DNA of 64,000 bases from an uncultured Gemmatimonadales bacterium (GCA_963795085.1 CAWCFX010000001.1:192001-256000), one strand, 5' to 3'. Shown: positions 29,770 through 40,242, numbered from the stretch's first letter. Numbers and translations are program-made. Notes: a model not told the origin generated them from the sequence alone.

Positions 29770-30413
29770 CAGGTGTCCCGCCGCTGCTGCACCAGGGTCA
29801 GCACCAGGGTGATGGCGAAGGCCAGGAGCAGAAGCACCATCCCCAACTCCAGCGCGGTGTCCGTCTCCCCCCGGCTGGTGACCGTCACGATGGCCGTCGT
29901 CAGGACCCGGGTTTCGCCGCGCAGGTTGCCGCCGACCGTCATGGAGGCGCCCACCTCCGAGACCACCGCCCCGAAGGCCGCCATGATTGCCGCCAGCAAC
30001 CCCAGCCGCGCCTCCCGGCAAAGAAGCCAGAGCCGGCGTACCCGGCCGGCGCCGAGGACCTTGAGAAGGTCGGGGATTTCGGGGGGCAGCGACTGGATGG
30101 ATGCCGCGGTTACTCCGGCGATGAGTGGCGTCGCGATGACGAACTGCGCGAGCATCATCGCCCACTTGGTATAGATAAGCTCCAGGCCGCCGAGGGGACC
30201 GCTGCGCACCAGCAGCAGCCACACCACCAATCCCACCACGACCGGTGGCATACCCATCCCGGTGTTGAGTGCGCCGAGCAGCAGGGTACGGCCCCGGAAC
30301 CGGCTCCGCGCCAGCGCATACCCGAGCGGAACGCCGACCAGCAGCGCGGCAACCGTCGCCACTCCGGAAACCAGGAGGGTACGCCAGGTAATCGCTGCCA
30401 GCTCGCCGCTCAT
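29769..30413 (-). CDS. tupB: Tungstate ABC transporter permease
   Basis: NTGMGMPPVVVGL, SEVGASMTVGGN, TRVLTTAIV. Confidence 0.85.
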   Translation of the reverse strand: MSGELAAITWRTLLVSGVATVAALLVGVPLGYALARSRFRGRTLLLGALNTGMGMPPVVVGLVVWLLLVRSGPLGGLELIYTKWAMMLAQFVIATPLIAGVTAASIQSLPPEIPDLLKVLGAGRVRRLWLLCREARLGLLAAIMAAFGAVVSEVGASMTVGGNLRGETRVLTTAIVTVTSRGETDTALELGMVLLLLAFAITLVLTLVQQRRDT

Positions 30414-30417
30414 CGGC

Positions 30418-31275
30418 TTACCTGTCCAGGGCCGGAAACAGCCGGGTCGTGTCGCGGCCCAGCACGGGGTGGAACAGCGGCCTCCCGGTCCGCTCCAGGC
30501 CGAACCGGCCGATCGCAGCCTGGGCCTCTTTCGATATGAAGTAGTCGGCCAGCGCCTCCGCCTGCCGTGAGCGAGTCCCGGGGTGACGGGCCGGGTTGAC
30601 CACGTAGATGTGGTACATGTTGAGGAGGGCGGGGTCGCCTTCATAGACCACCGTCAGCAGCCGCGCCGCGCGATGGGAAAGAAAGGTGCCCCGGTCGACC
30701 AGGGTATAGGCGCCCTGCTGGGCCGCGATGTCCAGGGTGGCACCCATGCCCTGGCCGCTCTCGCTCCGCGGCACCGAGTCCGGCGTGATGCCGGCCAGTC
30801 GCCACAGTGCGAGCTCCCGGGCATGGGTGCCCGAGGCATCACCCCGCGAGATAAACCGGTGGCCGCGGGCCAGCGCGCGCATGGCGCAGACCAGGTCGGT
30901 GCAACCGCGGACTCGGGCGGGGTCGTCGGCGGGACCGGCCAGGACAAAATCGTTGTACATGACCAGCCGGCCGCCGACCAGGTCTCCGCTGGCGACCAGC
31001 TCCCGTTCCTGCGACGGCGCATGCACCAGCACCGCGTCCACGTCGCCCTCCCGCGCCATGGCCAGCGCCGCCCCGGTGCCGACCGCAATGACCTTGACCC
31101 GGGTGCCGGTCGTCTGCTCAAAGCGGGGAAGCAGGCTGTCGAGAAGGCCGGAGTCGTGGGTACTCGTCGTGGTGGCGAGCAGGACCGCGTCCGAGTGCCG
31201 GGCCACGGCGTGGCCCGCCAACGCGGCACCGATGGTGAGCGTAAGGATCGCTGGAAGGCGTAGGAACATTATCAT
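30418..31275 (-). CDS. tupA: Tungstate ABC transporter substrate-binding protein
   Basis: TupA signature ATTTSTHDSGLL, AVGTGAAL, FISRGDASGTH, GQGMG, DRGT. Confidence 0.88.
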   Translation of the reverse strand: MIMFLRLPAILTLTIGAALAGHAVARHSDAVLLATTTSTHDSGLLDSLLPRFEQTTGTRVKVIAVGTGAALAMAREGDVDAVLVHAPSQERELVASGDLVGGRLVMYNDFVLAGPADDPARVRGCTDLVCAMRALARGHRFISRGDASGTHARELALWRLAGITPDSVPRSESGQGMGATLDIAAQQGAYTLVDRGTFLSHRAARLLTVVYEGDPALLNMYHIYVVNPARHPGTRSRQAEALADYFISKEAQAAIGRFGLERTGRPLFHPVLGRDTTRLFPALDR

Positions 31276-31303
31276 TCAATCTAATTCAATGCGGAGCGTG
31301 GCT

Positions 31304-31786
31304 ATGCGATTGCACTGGCTGGGGTTCACCCTGCTCGCCGCCACGGCGGGCCACGCCCAGAGCCCGGATTCCAGCGCGGACGCCTCCTTTCGCGCGGTGC
31401 AGTCTCGCGGCCGCCTGGTCATGGGGGTGGACCAGTACTCGTCGAGTCACCGGTTCGATGCGCTGCCCGACGGCGGGCGCATCGTATTGCAACGCGAGGT
31501 TGACGATACCGCGGACATCAGCCGGATCCGGGCCCATCTCACGGTGGTCGCGGCCGCCTTTGCCGAAGGCGATTTCCGGCTCCCCGGGCTGGTGCACGAT
31601 ACCGAGGTGCCGGGCACCCGGGTAATGGCCGCGCGTCGAGCCGCGATCCGATACCGGTTCCGGGAACTTCCCCGGGGTGGGGAAGTCCAGATCGAAACCG
31701 ATGACCCGGACGCCGTGAAGGCCATCCACGACTTCCTCGCCTTCCAGCGCAGCGACCATCGGGCAGAGGGAAGCCATCAACACTGA
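31304..31786 (+). CDS. Secreted hypothetical protein
   Basis: Signal peptide MRLHW..GHAQ, motifs MGVDQY..HRF..LPDGG.I and AIHDFLAFQRSDH. Divergent from tupA. Confidence 0.72.
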   Translation: MRLHWLGFTLLAATAGHAQSPDSSADASFRAVQSRGRLVMGVDQYSSSHRFDALPDGGRIVLQREVDDTADISRIRAHLTVVAAAFAEGDFRLPGLVHDTEVPGTRVMAARRAAIRYRFRELPRGGEVQIETDDPDAVKAIHDFLAFQRSDHRAEGSHQH

Positions 31787-31870
31787 GCTGCGGCGGGATG
31801 AAACGGGACGTCGGCCGGTTCCGTCCGGGGTCTATATTCCCCTTCCCCAAGGCTCCCCTCTGGAGGCCGC

Positions 31871-32410
31871 ATGCCCCGTTTGCCCCTCACGCTGGTCGTG
31901 GCGATCCTGTGCCTTCCCGTCCCGGAGGCGGCCGGCCAGGCAACCCCTGCGTCCCCGCCGCCGTGCACCGCCGCCGAATACCGGCAGTTTGACTTCTGGG
32001 AAGGCCGCTGGGACGTCTACGACTCCACCGGACAGCAGCAGATCGGCACCAACCGCCTCGAGAAGGTCTACGGCGGCTGCGTGCTCCAGGAGCACTGGGT
32101 CGCCCTTGGGCCGCAGCAGCAGACCGGGTCCAGCTTCAATACCTACCACCCCGGTTCGAAGAAATGGTATCAGACATGGGTGGACGACACCGGAGGTTTT
32201 CTGCTGCTCAGCGGCGGCCTGGTGAAGGACACCATGGTGCTCACCGGCGAAATGCTGACGCCACGCGGGCTGGTCCACCACCGGATCTCCTGGAGCCGGA
32301 TCAACGGTGACCCCGACCAGGTCCGGCAGTACTGGGAGACCTCCACCGATGGCGGACAGACCTGGACCGTAGGGTTCAATGGCCTGTACCGCCGGCACCG
32401 GGGAGGATAA
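31871..32410 (+). CDS. Secreted hypothetical protein (DUF1579-like beta protein)
   Basis: Signal peptide, C...EYRQFDFWEGRW, W.QTWVD, S.DGG.TW. RBS GGAGG. Confidence 0.72.
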   Translation: MPRLPLTLVVAILCLPVPEAAGQATPASPPPCTAAEYRQFDFWEGRWDVYDSTGQQQIGTNRLEKVYGGCVLQEHWVALGPQQQTGSSFNTYHPGSKKWYQTWVDDTGGFLLLSGGLVKDTMVLTGEMLTPRGLVHHRISWSRINGDPDQVRQYWETSTDGGQTWTVGFNGLYRRHRGG

Positions 32411-33450
32411 TGCTGGCCGTCTCCGCGCTGCCCCTCCCGGCGGGCTCCGATCACGAAACGCTCCTCCTGGGTGAGGATGCCTCGGCGGGATACCGGGGTA
32501 TCCTCGCGGTGCACAGCACCCGGCTGGGCCCCGCGGTGGGCGGGACCCGGCTCTGGAGCTACGCCACCCTTGAAGACGCAGTTACCGATGTTCTCCGCCT
32601 GGCCCGGGGAATGACCTACAAGAACGCGGCGGCCGGTCTTCCGCTGGGGGGCGGCAAGTCGGTGATCCTCCGGCCGGAGGGGCCGCTCGACCGGGAGAAG
32701 GTTTTCCAGGCCCATGGCCGGTTCATCGAGCGTCAGGGGGGGCGGTACGTCACGGCCGAAGATGTCGGTTCGACCCCGGCGGACATGGCCATCGTACGCC
32801 GGGAGACCCGGCACGTCGCCGGACTGGAAGGCTTGTCGGGCGATCCTTCCCCCTTCACCGCCCGGGGCGTGTTCCGCGCGATCGAAGGCGCCGCGGCCTA
32901 CCGCTGGGGTTCCAGCGACCTGGCCGGCCGGCGGTTCGGGCTCCAGGGCTGCGGCAATGTCGGTTACCAGCTGGCCCTTCAGCTTAAACAGGCCGGCGCG
33001 GATCTCGTCGTGGCCGATGTCGACCCCGCGCGGTCGGAACGGCTGGTCCGGGAGGTCGCCGCGGTGGCGGTGGACCCTCGCCGCGTCCACGCTGAAATCC
33101 TCGACGGGTTCGTCCCCTGTGCGCTGGGGGGCACTCTCAACGCCCAGACGATTCCCCAGCTTCGCTGCGAGATCGTCGTCGGCGCGGCCAACAACCAGTT
33201 GCTGGCCGCGGAGGACGCCGAGCGGCTTCGGGCCCGCGGCATCCTCTATGTACCCGACTATATCGCCAATGCCGGCGGGGTGATCAACGGCAGCCGGGAG
33301 ATACTGGGATGGCCCGAGCAGCAGGCCTGGGCTCGGCTGGAAAGGATCCGTGAAACGGTCCTCGAACTCTGCGCCGCCGCCGACCGGGATCAGGTGACCA
33401 CCGCCGCTGCCGCCGACCGCCTGGCCCTGAGCCGGCTCAGCACAGGGTGA
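32410..33450 (+). CDS. Glu/Leu/Phe/Val dehydrogenase (leucine dehydrogenase-like)
   Basis: GPAVGGTR, GMTYKNA, GGGKSV, TAEDVG, QGCGNVG, PDYIANAGG. Confidence 0.92.
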   Translation: MLAVSALPLPAGSDHETLLLGEDASAGYRGILAVHSTRLGPAVGGTRLWSYATLEDAVTDVLRLARGMTYKNAAAGLPLGGGKSVILRPEGPLDREKVFQAHGRFIERQGGRYVTAEDVGSTPADMAIVRRETRHVAGLEGLSGDPSPFTARGVFRAIEGAAAYRWGSSDLAGRRFGLQGCGNVGYQLALQLKQAGADLVVADVDPARSERLVREVAAVAVDPRRVHAEILDGFVPCALGGTLNAQTIPQLRCEIVVGAANNQLLAAEDAERLRARGILYVPDYIANAGGVINGSREILGWPEQQAWARLERIRETVLELCAAADRDQVTTAAAADRLALSRLSTG

Positions 33451-33664
33451 AACGCCACGACACCCGCCTCGTTGAGTGGACGAAACGGGTGCCGGGGTCC
33501 TGCGCGAAGGTTCGTGAAGTCACGCCGACTCCACGCCGGTAATCTGCCGCCCCGTCTCCAGTTCTTCTAGCACGCGGTCCCGTGCTGGTACGATCAGGAT
33601 GTTCCAGGTGGAAGGCTTGCCCCAGGCGGCCTCCGCCCATACCGTCCGATTCCCCTGGACAGGA

Positions 33665-34813
33665 ATGCCGGCCTTGACTGCACACGCCCTCCCGCCCTTC
33701 CGGCTGGAAACCTATTTCGCGCGGTGGGAGTTTAACGCCCGGTATCATCTCAGTGCCTCCGATGCCCAGGCCCTGCCGCTCGCCGCCCTGCTGGACCTGG
33801 CCAGCCCCGAGGACCGCGCGGCGTGGGAGGCGCTCCCGCTGGGCTACACCGAGACCCGAGGCGGACCCGGGCTCCTCGAAGCCATCGCATCCACGTATGA
33901 AAGCATCTCGCCGGCGGAACTGCTCTGCTTCGCCGGGGCCGAGGAAGCGATCTACTCGGCCATGCACACGATCCTGCGGCCCGGCGACCATACCATCACG
34001 ATCATCCCCAACTACCAGTCGCTCGAATCGGTCCCCCTGACGCTGGGGGAGGTCACCGGGATTCCCCTCGACCCGGAGTCGAACTGGGACCTGGACCTGG
34101 ACCGCGTGCGCGATGCCATCCGGCCTTCGACTCGTCTTCTATGCATCAATTTCCCGCACAATCCGACCGGCAAGGTGATTGCCCGGTCCGCCCTCGACGG
34201 CCTGGTGGCGCTGGCCCGGGAACATGGCTTCTATCTCTTCAGCGACGAGGTCTATCGCGGGGTGGAGCGGGATCCCGCCCGCCGGCTGCCCCAGGTCGCC
34301 GACCTGTACGAGAAGGGACTCTCGCTGGGCGTGATGTCCAAGGCCTATGGGCTCCCGGGCCTGCGGATCGGCTGGGTGGCGTGCCAGGATGCCGCCGTGC
34401 TGCAGCGAATGGAGGAGGTCAAGCACTATCTCTCGATCTGCAACTCGGCCCCGAGCGAGTGGCTCGCCATGATTGCCCTCAAGGCGGCGGACCAGATCCT
34501 CCAGCGCAACCGCGGCCTGATCAAAGCCAACTTGCATCTCCTGGACGCCTTTTTTGCCCGGCACACGGACCGATTCGAATGGCGGCTGCCCGACGGCGGC
34601 TGCATCGGCTATCCCCGCTACCTCGGCCCCGAGGGCGTTGAGCGGTTCACGCAGTCGCTGGTGGAGACCGCCGGCGTGCTGCTGCTCCCGGCCTCGATAT
34701 TTCAGTCGGCCCTGGGCCCCACGCCAACGGACCGGTTTCGCATCGGGTACGGACGCTCGGGCCTGGCGGAGGGCCTCGCGGCGCTGGAGACATTCCTGGC
34801 GCGCGAGGGCTAG
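33665..34813 (+). CDS. PLP-dependent aminotransferase class I/II
   Basis: NFPHNPTG, SDEVY, SKAYGLPGLRIGW (PLP lysine). Confidence 0.9.
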   Translation: MPALTAHALPPFRLETYFARWEFNARYHLSASDAQALPLAALLDLASPEDRAAWEALPLGYTETRGGPGLLEAIASTYESISPAELLCFAGAEEAIYSAMHTILRPGDHTITIIPNYQSLESVPLTLGEVTGIPLDPESNWDLDLDRVRDAIRPSTRLLCINFPHNPTGKVIARSALDGLVALAREHGFYLFSDEVYRGVERDPARRLPQVADLYEKGLSLGVMSKAYGLPGLRIGWVACQDAAVLQRMEEVKHYLSICNSAPSEWLAMIALKAADQILQRNRGLIKANLHLLDAFFARHTDRFEWRLPDGGCIGYPRYLGPEGVERFTQSLVETAGVLLLPASIFQSALGPTPTDRFRIGYGRSGLAEGLAALETFLAREG

Positions 34814-34948
34814 CGGTTCCGCCTCCCGGGCCGGGTGATCCGCCGGTCTCCAGGTCCGATCTGTTCTCCACTCTTCCGATCGCACACCACCCGCATTCGC
34901 TGAGGAGCCGAACGCGGGTGGTGGGCCGCCTGTTTCCGTTCGGCCACC

Positions 34949-35524
34949 CTACGGCTGCCTGCCTCCGCCGCGGGGAGTCGAGTCGGCCGGTGTCAGCACG
35001 ATCCCGGTGCGAATGTGCTCTCCCTCGTGGAGCACCAATCCACACGCCAGTCCCTGGCCGGCCGGGCTGGTGGCGCGCAGGTCATAGACGCCCGGGGTGA
35101 GCCCGCTGAACTTGAAGACTCCGTTGCGATTCGGCTGCGCCCGGGCCACCAGGGTTCCGCGGGCGCCACAGGCCGGCGCCGGCGGAGTGCTGTCGGGTGG
35201 AATGCTGTCACCCCGGAACAGCCCGGCGGGCAAGGTCGCCACCGTGCCGGTCAGCCCGGTGGAATCGGGCGGCACGGAATCGGGCGGCACGGAATCGGTC
35301 GGGATCGAGTCGGGCGGGATCGACCCCACGTGGTAGGCCAGGATCCTGCCCTGGAGGACCCGCTGGGAATCTGGCGTCGAGAGGACGCCGCTGATGGACC
35401 CGGTGACCACCGAGTCGGCCTTGAGGCCGGCGCCGCTGAATTCGGCCGGTTGGGAGGACTGGTCGCACGCGCCGAGCAGAAGGAGTCCGGCGACGGTGGC
35501 CAGCGCTGTGGAAGGTCGTAGCAT
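34949..35524 (-). CDS. Lipoprotein with prealbumin/carboxypeptidase-regulatory-like fold and PPDS repeats
   Basis: Lipobox LLGAC; IPPDS-IPTDS-VPPDS-VPPDS 15-bp repeats; G.F.FSGL.PG.YDL. Confidence 0.68.
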   Translation of the reverse strand: MLRPSTALATVAGLLLLGACDQSSQPAEFSGAGLKADSVVTGSISGVLSTPDSQRVLQGRILAYHVGSIPPDSIPTDSVPPDSVPPDSTGLTGTVATLPAGLFRGDSIPPDSTPPAPACGARGTLVARAQPNRNGVFKFSGLTPGVYDLRATSPAGQGLACGLVLHEGEHIRTGIVLTPADSTPRGGGRQP

Positions 35525-35728
35525 GGCAAGGCTCCGGGTAAAGGAATCGGTCAGTATCGGAACGACCCGGACTCGCGGGTGCCCGTCACATCGTCATCCT
35601 GAACCATTCCGCCGCGGCGCGGCACGTACCACTCCGGCGCTTCCATCCTATACGCTGTTCCGCTTCTGGATTACGGTTGACCGGCCACTCGCACGGCCAG
35701 CGATCATCCGCGATTCTCCATCCCCGCG

Positions 35729-37594
35729 TTGAAGAACATGCGACAGATGCACGGTCCAAATTCGATGTTGGCCTCCAGTGCGTGGGGCGTCCTGCTGGTC
35801 CTGGCCGCCTGCCAGGGCAGGCCGGCTCTCACGGCCGACGTCGTGGAGTTCCGCGGCGGGCCGGATCACCTCGGCCGCTTCGAGTCACCCGTGAGTCTCG
35901 CGTACGGCGGCATCGCCTGGCGCACCGCGACCGATGGACCGGTCCGCTCCTCCCCCGCCGTCACCTCTCGCCTGGTGCTCACCGGCAGCGCCGACGGCCA
36001 CCTCTATGCGATGGACCGCCGGACCGGGCTGGTCCAGTGGAAAGCCGCCGCCGATGCCGCCGTGAATTCGTCACCCGCCGTGGCGGGGAACACGGTGTAC
36101 TTCGCCAGCCTCCGGGGAACGGTGTACGCGGTCTCGCTGGACGATGGCGGGCTTCGGTGGTCGATGCGGACCGGCCCGGCCCTGCCGCCAGCCTGGGCGG
36201 GAGCATCGGGGCTCGATTATTACATCTCCTCTCCCGTCATAGCCGGGGAGGACGTCCTCGTCGGTGCACCAGACGGGATACTGTACGCCCTGGCCCGGGA
36301 CAACGGGGCCGTGCGCTGGCGGGGCCGGACCGAGGGGCGGATTCACTCATCGCCCGCGGTTCGAAACGGCCTGGTCTTTGTCGGCAGCTTTGACGGCAGT
36401 GTCTACGCCTTCGACCTGGTGACGGGAGCCCGGCGCTGGCGCTACGATACGGAAGGACGCTCCCTGGATTCCGAGCCCTTTGGTTTTGACCGGCGGTCCA
36501 TCGTCTCGTCTCCCGCCGTCACTGACAGCACGGTCTTTATCGGGAGCCGTGATGGTTTCTTCTATGCCCTCGACGCGGCATCGGGGACGCTGCGGTGGCG
36601 GGTAGATCACCAGGCGTCCTGGAGCATCGCATCCCCCGCCGTGGGAGAGGGGGTGGTCTACGATGCCAGTTCGGACGCCAGGTTCATTCACGCCCTGGAT
36701 GCCCGCACCGGCGAACCCCGATGGCGACTCGCGATGCCAGGCTCGGTCTGGTCCTCCGCCGCCATTGCGGGCGGATTGCTCTTCGTCGGCGACGGGTCCG
36801 GCGCGATCCACGCCATCGACCGGCAGTCCGGGTCAGCGCTCTGGTCATTCCGCACCGGGGGAGCGGTCCAGTCTTCTCCCGCCGTCGCCGGCGGACTGCT
36901 TGTTGTCGGCAGCGGCGATGGCGCGGTGTACGCACTACGTGTGGGGGACGCCGAGGGCCTCACCCGCGCGGTGTACTGGGACTCCATCCTGGCGAGCGCC
37001 TCGCGGCGATCCGACCACCGGTTGATCCGCGATGGTCTCACGGCCCGCGGCTATGCCTCGCTCGCCGCCGCCGGGCTGGGGTCCTGGATGGAAGACCGGA
37101 TCCGGGACGGGAATCCCAGCGTGGTCGTGCTCGCCCTGGATCAGCTCCCCCCGGCGCTGGCAGCTCCGGGCGGGCCGCTTCGGCGGTACCTGGACGCAGG
37201 GGGCAAGGTTGTAGCCCCGGGCGACCCGCCGTTCATCTGGCCGACATCGCCGTCCGGCGACCGGGAGTATGCGGGGATCCGGCGAGCGACGACCACTGGC
37301 CTTCTCGGAGTCGAGTTTGGAGCGGCGCAGTTCGATCGCTATGGAGCCCGGCCAACCGCGCTGGGCCGGCAGTGGGGACTCGAGGGCTGGTGGCTGGCTT
37401 CCTGGTCCATCCAGGCGCCGCCAGGCGGTTCGGTCCTGGCGCTGAATGAAGCCGGGCTCGCCGCCGCGTGGGTCCGGGGCTATGGCGGCCCTCCCGGAAG
37501 CGGGTTCATCCAGTTGAACCGGTCTGAATGGACCGTGCCCGATCTCGGCATGCTCGCCGCCGTGGCGGAGTTTCGTCCCGATTCGTCACCGTGA
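35729..37594 (+). CDS. PQQ-like (BamB-type) beta-propeller lipoprotein
   Basis: Lipobox LAAC and repeated SSPAV....V.VGS.DG..YA.D...G...W. Start uncertain. Confidence 0.85.
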   Translation: MKNMRQMHGPNSMLASSAWGVLLVLAACQGRPALTADVVEFRGGPDHLGRFESPVSLAYGGIAWRTATDGPVRSSPAVTSRLVLTGSADGHLYAMDRRTGLVQWKAAADAAVNSSPAVAGNTVYFASLRGTVYAVSLDDGGLRWSMRTGPALPPAWAGASGLDYYISSPVIAGEDVLVGAPDGILYALARDNGAVRWRGRTEGRIHSSPAVRNGLVFVGSFDGSVYAFDLVTGARRWRYDTEGRSLDSEPFGFDRRSIVSSPAVTDSTVFIGSRDGFFYALDAASGTLRWRVDHQASWSIASPAVGEGVVYDASSDARFIHALDARTGEPRWRLAMPGSVWSSAAIAGGLLFVGDGSGAIHAIDRQSGSALWSFRTGGAVQSSPAVAGGLLVVGSGDGAVYALRVGDAEGLTRAVYWDSILASASRRSDHRLIRDGLTARGYASLAAAGLGSWMEDRIRDGNPSVVVLALDQLPPALAAPGGPLRRYLDAGGKVVAPGDPPFIWPTSPSGDREYAGIRRATTTGLLGVEFGAAQFDRYGARPTALGRQWGLEGWWLASWSIQAPPGGSVLALNEAGLAAAWVRGYGGPPGSGFIQLNRSEWTVPDLGMLAAVAEFRPDSSP

Positions 37595-37685
37595 TGACGC
37601 CGGGGTGCGGCCTTTCGCCGGACAGCTGGTGCTTCACCGTTCGGTCCCAGGACTGGTCGGCAAACTTTGCAGTGTCAGGAACACC

Positions 37686-38480
37686 ATGCACGGCTGGCGG
37701 GAACGACCCAGGGCGCGGGCGGCGGGCATCGTCCTGGCCATGGCCATGGCCTGTGGCCAGTCCAGCGGCCCCTCGGCAAACTCGATTTCCCGGGTGCTTT
37801 TCCTGGGGAACAGCCTCACCTATAGCAACGACCTTCCCGAAATGGTGCGCGTACTCGCGTTGGCGGCGGGCACGCGCTGGGATATCACGGCTGTCGTGGT
37901 CCCGGGAGTGGGCCTCGAGGACCATTTTCGGTCCGCGACGGTCCAGCGGCTTTTGACCGAGAAGCACTGGGATATCGTCGTGCTGCAGCAGGGTCCCACG
38001 ACCCTGGCATCGAGCCGCGCCCACCTGCGCACCTGGACCGCCGAGTTTGGTGCCCTGATCGAACGAGCCGGGGGACGGCCCGCCCTGTATGAGGTGTGGC
38101 CCGATTCCAACTGGTCAGGGGCTCGCTTCCTGGCTGACTTCGACCGAGTGCGGGATTCCTACGCCCTCGCGGCCCAGGATGTCGCCGGCATCTTCCTGCC
38201 GGCGGGCGAAGCCTGGCGGATGGCATGGGAGACCGACCCGCGCCTCCCGCTCTACGGCGGCGACAGTTTCCACCCCAGCGCGATGGGGACATATCTGGCC
38301 GCGCTGACCATCGTAGGACGATTGGCGAACCGGTCGGTGGAGGGCCTCCCGGGCAGCCTCCGCGCCTCGGATGGCCGGATGCTGGTCCAGATCTCGGCGG
38401 CCCAGGCCCTGGCTCTCCAGAAAGCCGCCGACCGGGCGATCCAGTCCTTTCGCGACTATGAAGCGGTGGACCAGCCATGA
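37686..38480 (+). CDS. SGNH/GDSL-like hydrolase lipoprotein
   Basis: Lipobox AMAC, VLFLGNSLT, WDIVVLQ, DSFHPS. Confidence 0.8.
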   Translation: MHGWRERPRARAAGIVLAMAMACGQSSGPSANSISRVLFLGNSLTYSNDLPEMVRVLALAAGTRWDITAVVVPGVGLEDHFRSATVQRLLTEKHWDIVVLQQGPTTLASSRAHLRTWTAEFGALIERAGGRPALYEVWPDSNWSGARFLADFDRVRDSYALAAQDVAGIFLPAGEAWRMAWETDPRLPLYGGDSFHPSAMGTYLAALTIVGRLANRSVEGLPGSLRASDGRMLVQISAAQALALQKAADRAIQSFRDYEAVDQP

Positions 38481-39286
38481 GCCTGGCGGAACCGGGCCGG
38501 CGTCGTACCCACGGCCCGCTTGAAACACCGGGTGAAATGGCTCTGGTCGAAGAACCCGGCCAACATCCCGATATGCGAGATCGACTCATCGGAATACATC
38601 AGTTGCTCCCGGGCCCATTGAATGCGCCGGGTGCGTACGAAGGAACTGATGCTGGTCCCGTAGCGGCGGGCAAACGCCCGGGCCATGTAGGCAGGATGCA
38701 CGCCGAGGTCTGTCGCGAGCGAAGCCAGCGAGACCGGCCCCGCGAAATTCTCCTCCAGCCGATCCCGCAGCATCGTCAGCCAGGATGCGGATCGTTCGTC
38801 CCCCGGATCCGGTTCCCGTGCCAGGCCGGCGATCAGCTCGTACACCAGGCCCTCAATGGCCATGGGGCGTACCTCGTCGTCGATGCGGGATTCCTGGCGG
38901 AGCGCGGCGGCAATGGGGCCGATCCGTGCGCCCTGGGCGAACCGGACCGACCGGAGCACCGGAGTGTGGTAGCCGATGGCGTCCAGCTTGGCCGGGTCCA
39001 GGGTCACGAAGAGGCAGCGGCATCCGCCCGCTCCGACCTGGTCGGCATGGACGACATCACGGGGCAGCACCAGCAGGGTCCGGGGTTCGAGGTCGCCGGC
39101 ACGGCTCCCGTGCACCTGCTCCAGGGCCCCCTCCAGGCCAAAGACCAGGCTGGTCCGCGCATGGGTGTGGGCCCCGGTCCGGAAGCCCGGCGCATAGCTC
39201 GACTCGGTCAGCAGGAAATCGCCGGCCTCGACCTGGGCGTGCAGGGCGCCGTGGGTGACGGTGGGGCCGTGTGGGGTCTGGATCAT
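38456..39286 (-). CDS. AraC family transcriptional regulator
   Basis: Cupin H-x-H N-terminus; HTH motifs LGVHP.Y.AR.F and GFFDQSHFTR.FK...G.TP. Confidence 0.9.
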   Translation of the reverse strand: MIQTPHGPTVTHGALHAQVEAGDFLLTESSYAPGFRTGAHTHARTSLVFGLEGALEQVHGSRAGDLEPRTLLVLPRDVVHADQVGAGGCRCLFVTLDPAKLDAIGYHTPVLRSVRFAQGARIGPIAAALRQESRIDDEVRPMAIEGLVYELIAGLAREPDPGDERSASWLTMLRDRLEENFAGPVSLASLATDLGVHPAYMARAFARRYGTSISSFVRTRRIQWAREQLMYSDESISHIGMLAGFFDQSHFTRCFKRAVGTTPARFRQAHGWSTAS

Positions 39287-39513
39287 ACAACCTCGTGGGA
39301 AGACAGGAAGAGAACCGTCGCGGTCGCTGGTTCCGGATGTTCCCCATGGAGACGAACCGCCGAGCCGAACACGCACGGGAATCGGGCCGAATCGCCGGCG
39401 GTCGTCGGCCCGTACTGTGGTCTGCCGGGCACTCCGGACGTCAGACCTGGAGCGGCTGACGGTTCGACCCCATCCATTGTGAGGGCGCGTTGGTAGCTCA
39501 ACCGGTCATCGAA

Positions 39514-40242
39514 ATGGCGGTCAAACGCATCCTGGTCATCCACCGCGACCGGGAACTGGCCCAGAGTCTTCGCCAGAATCTCGAGCGCGATGGCCACGAA
39601 GTGTCCATCGAGCCCGAAGGAGCGTGGGGGGTGGCCCAGGCCCGGAAATTCAATCCCGACCTGGTCATCACCGATCTGCAGCTTCTGGAGGCGGCGGAAC
39701 AAAACCTCCTGCGGCAGCTGCGCTCGGAGCGCGACGATGTTCCCGTCCTGGTGTTATCCCCCCGGGCCGAGGAAGCGACTCGGCTGCGGGGATTCCGGCT
39801 GGGGGTGGATGATTTCCTGGTTCAGCCGGTCAGCGTCTCGGAGCTCTACCGCCGGATCGAAGCGCTCCTGCGCCGGCCCGGCCGGGTCGGCACGGCGCTT
39901 CCCCCAGCCGCCGATTCTGTCGTTCGGTTCGGCGAGGTTGAAATTCACGCCGGGCGCCGCATGGTCCTGTTGGCCGGTACGCCGGTTCCCGTTCGTCTCA
40001 AGGAGTTCGACCTCCTGATGACGCTGGTCGCCCGGAAGGGCAGGGTTGCCAGCCGAGCCGAGTTGCTGCGCGAGGTCTGGGGATACCGCACCTGGGTGGC
40101 GACCCGGACGGTGGATACCCACATCGCGGAACTTCGGCGGAAGCTGGAGAAGGACCCGGCCCATCCGGCGCACATCCTGACCGTACGCAAGGTTGGCTAC
40201 CGGCTCGACCGGGATCCGGGCGATGGATCTTGGCATGGATGA
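39514..40242 (+). CDS. OmpR/PhoB-family response regulator with atypical receiver
   Basis: Winged helix KEFDLL, ELLREVWG, TRTVDTHIAELRRKLE, TVRKVGY. Receiver has HRD at the acidic pocket and QP instead of KP. Confidence 0.88.
   Translation: MAVKRILVIHRDRELAQSLRQNLERDGHEVSIEPEGAWGVAQARKFNPDLVITDLQLLEAAEQNLLRQLRSERDDVPVLVLSPRAEEATRLRGFRLGVDDFLVQPVSVSELYRRIEALLRRPGRVGTALPPAADSVVRFGEVEIHAGRRMVLLAGTPVPVRLKEFDLLMTLVARKGRVASRAELLREVWGYRTWVATRTVDTHIAELRRKLEKDPAHPAHILTVRKVGYRLDRDPGDGSWHG

Noticed and set aside
33537..34853. Weak direct repeat (..CGCCSGTCTCCAG) flanking the aminotransferase
   Set aside because: The match is short and gapped, as expected by chance at this GC content.
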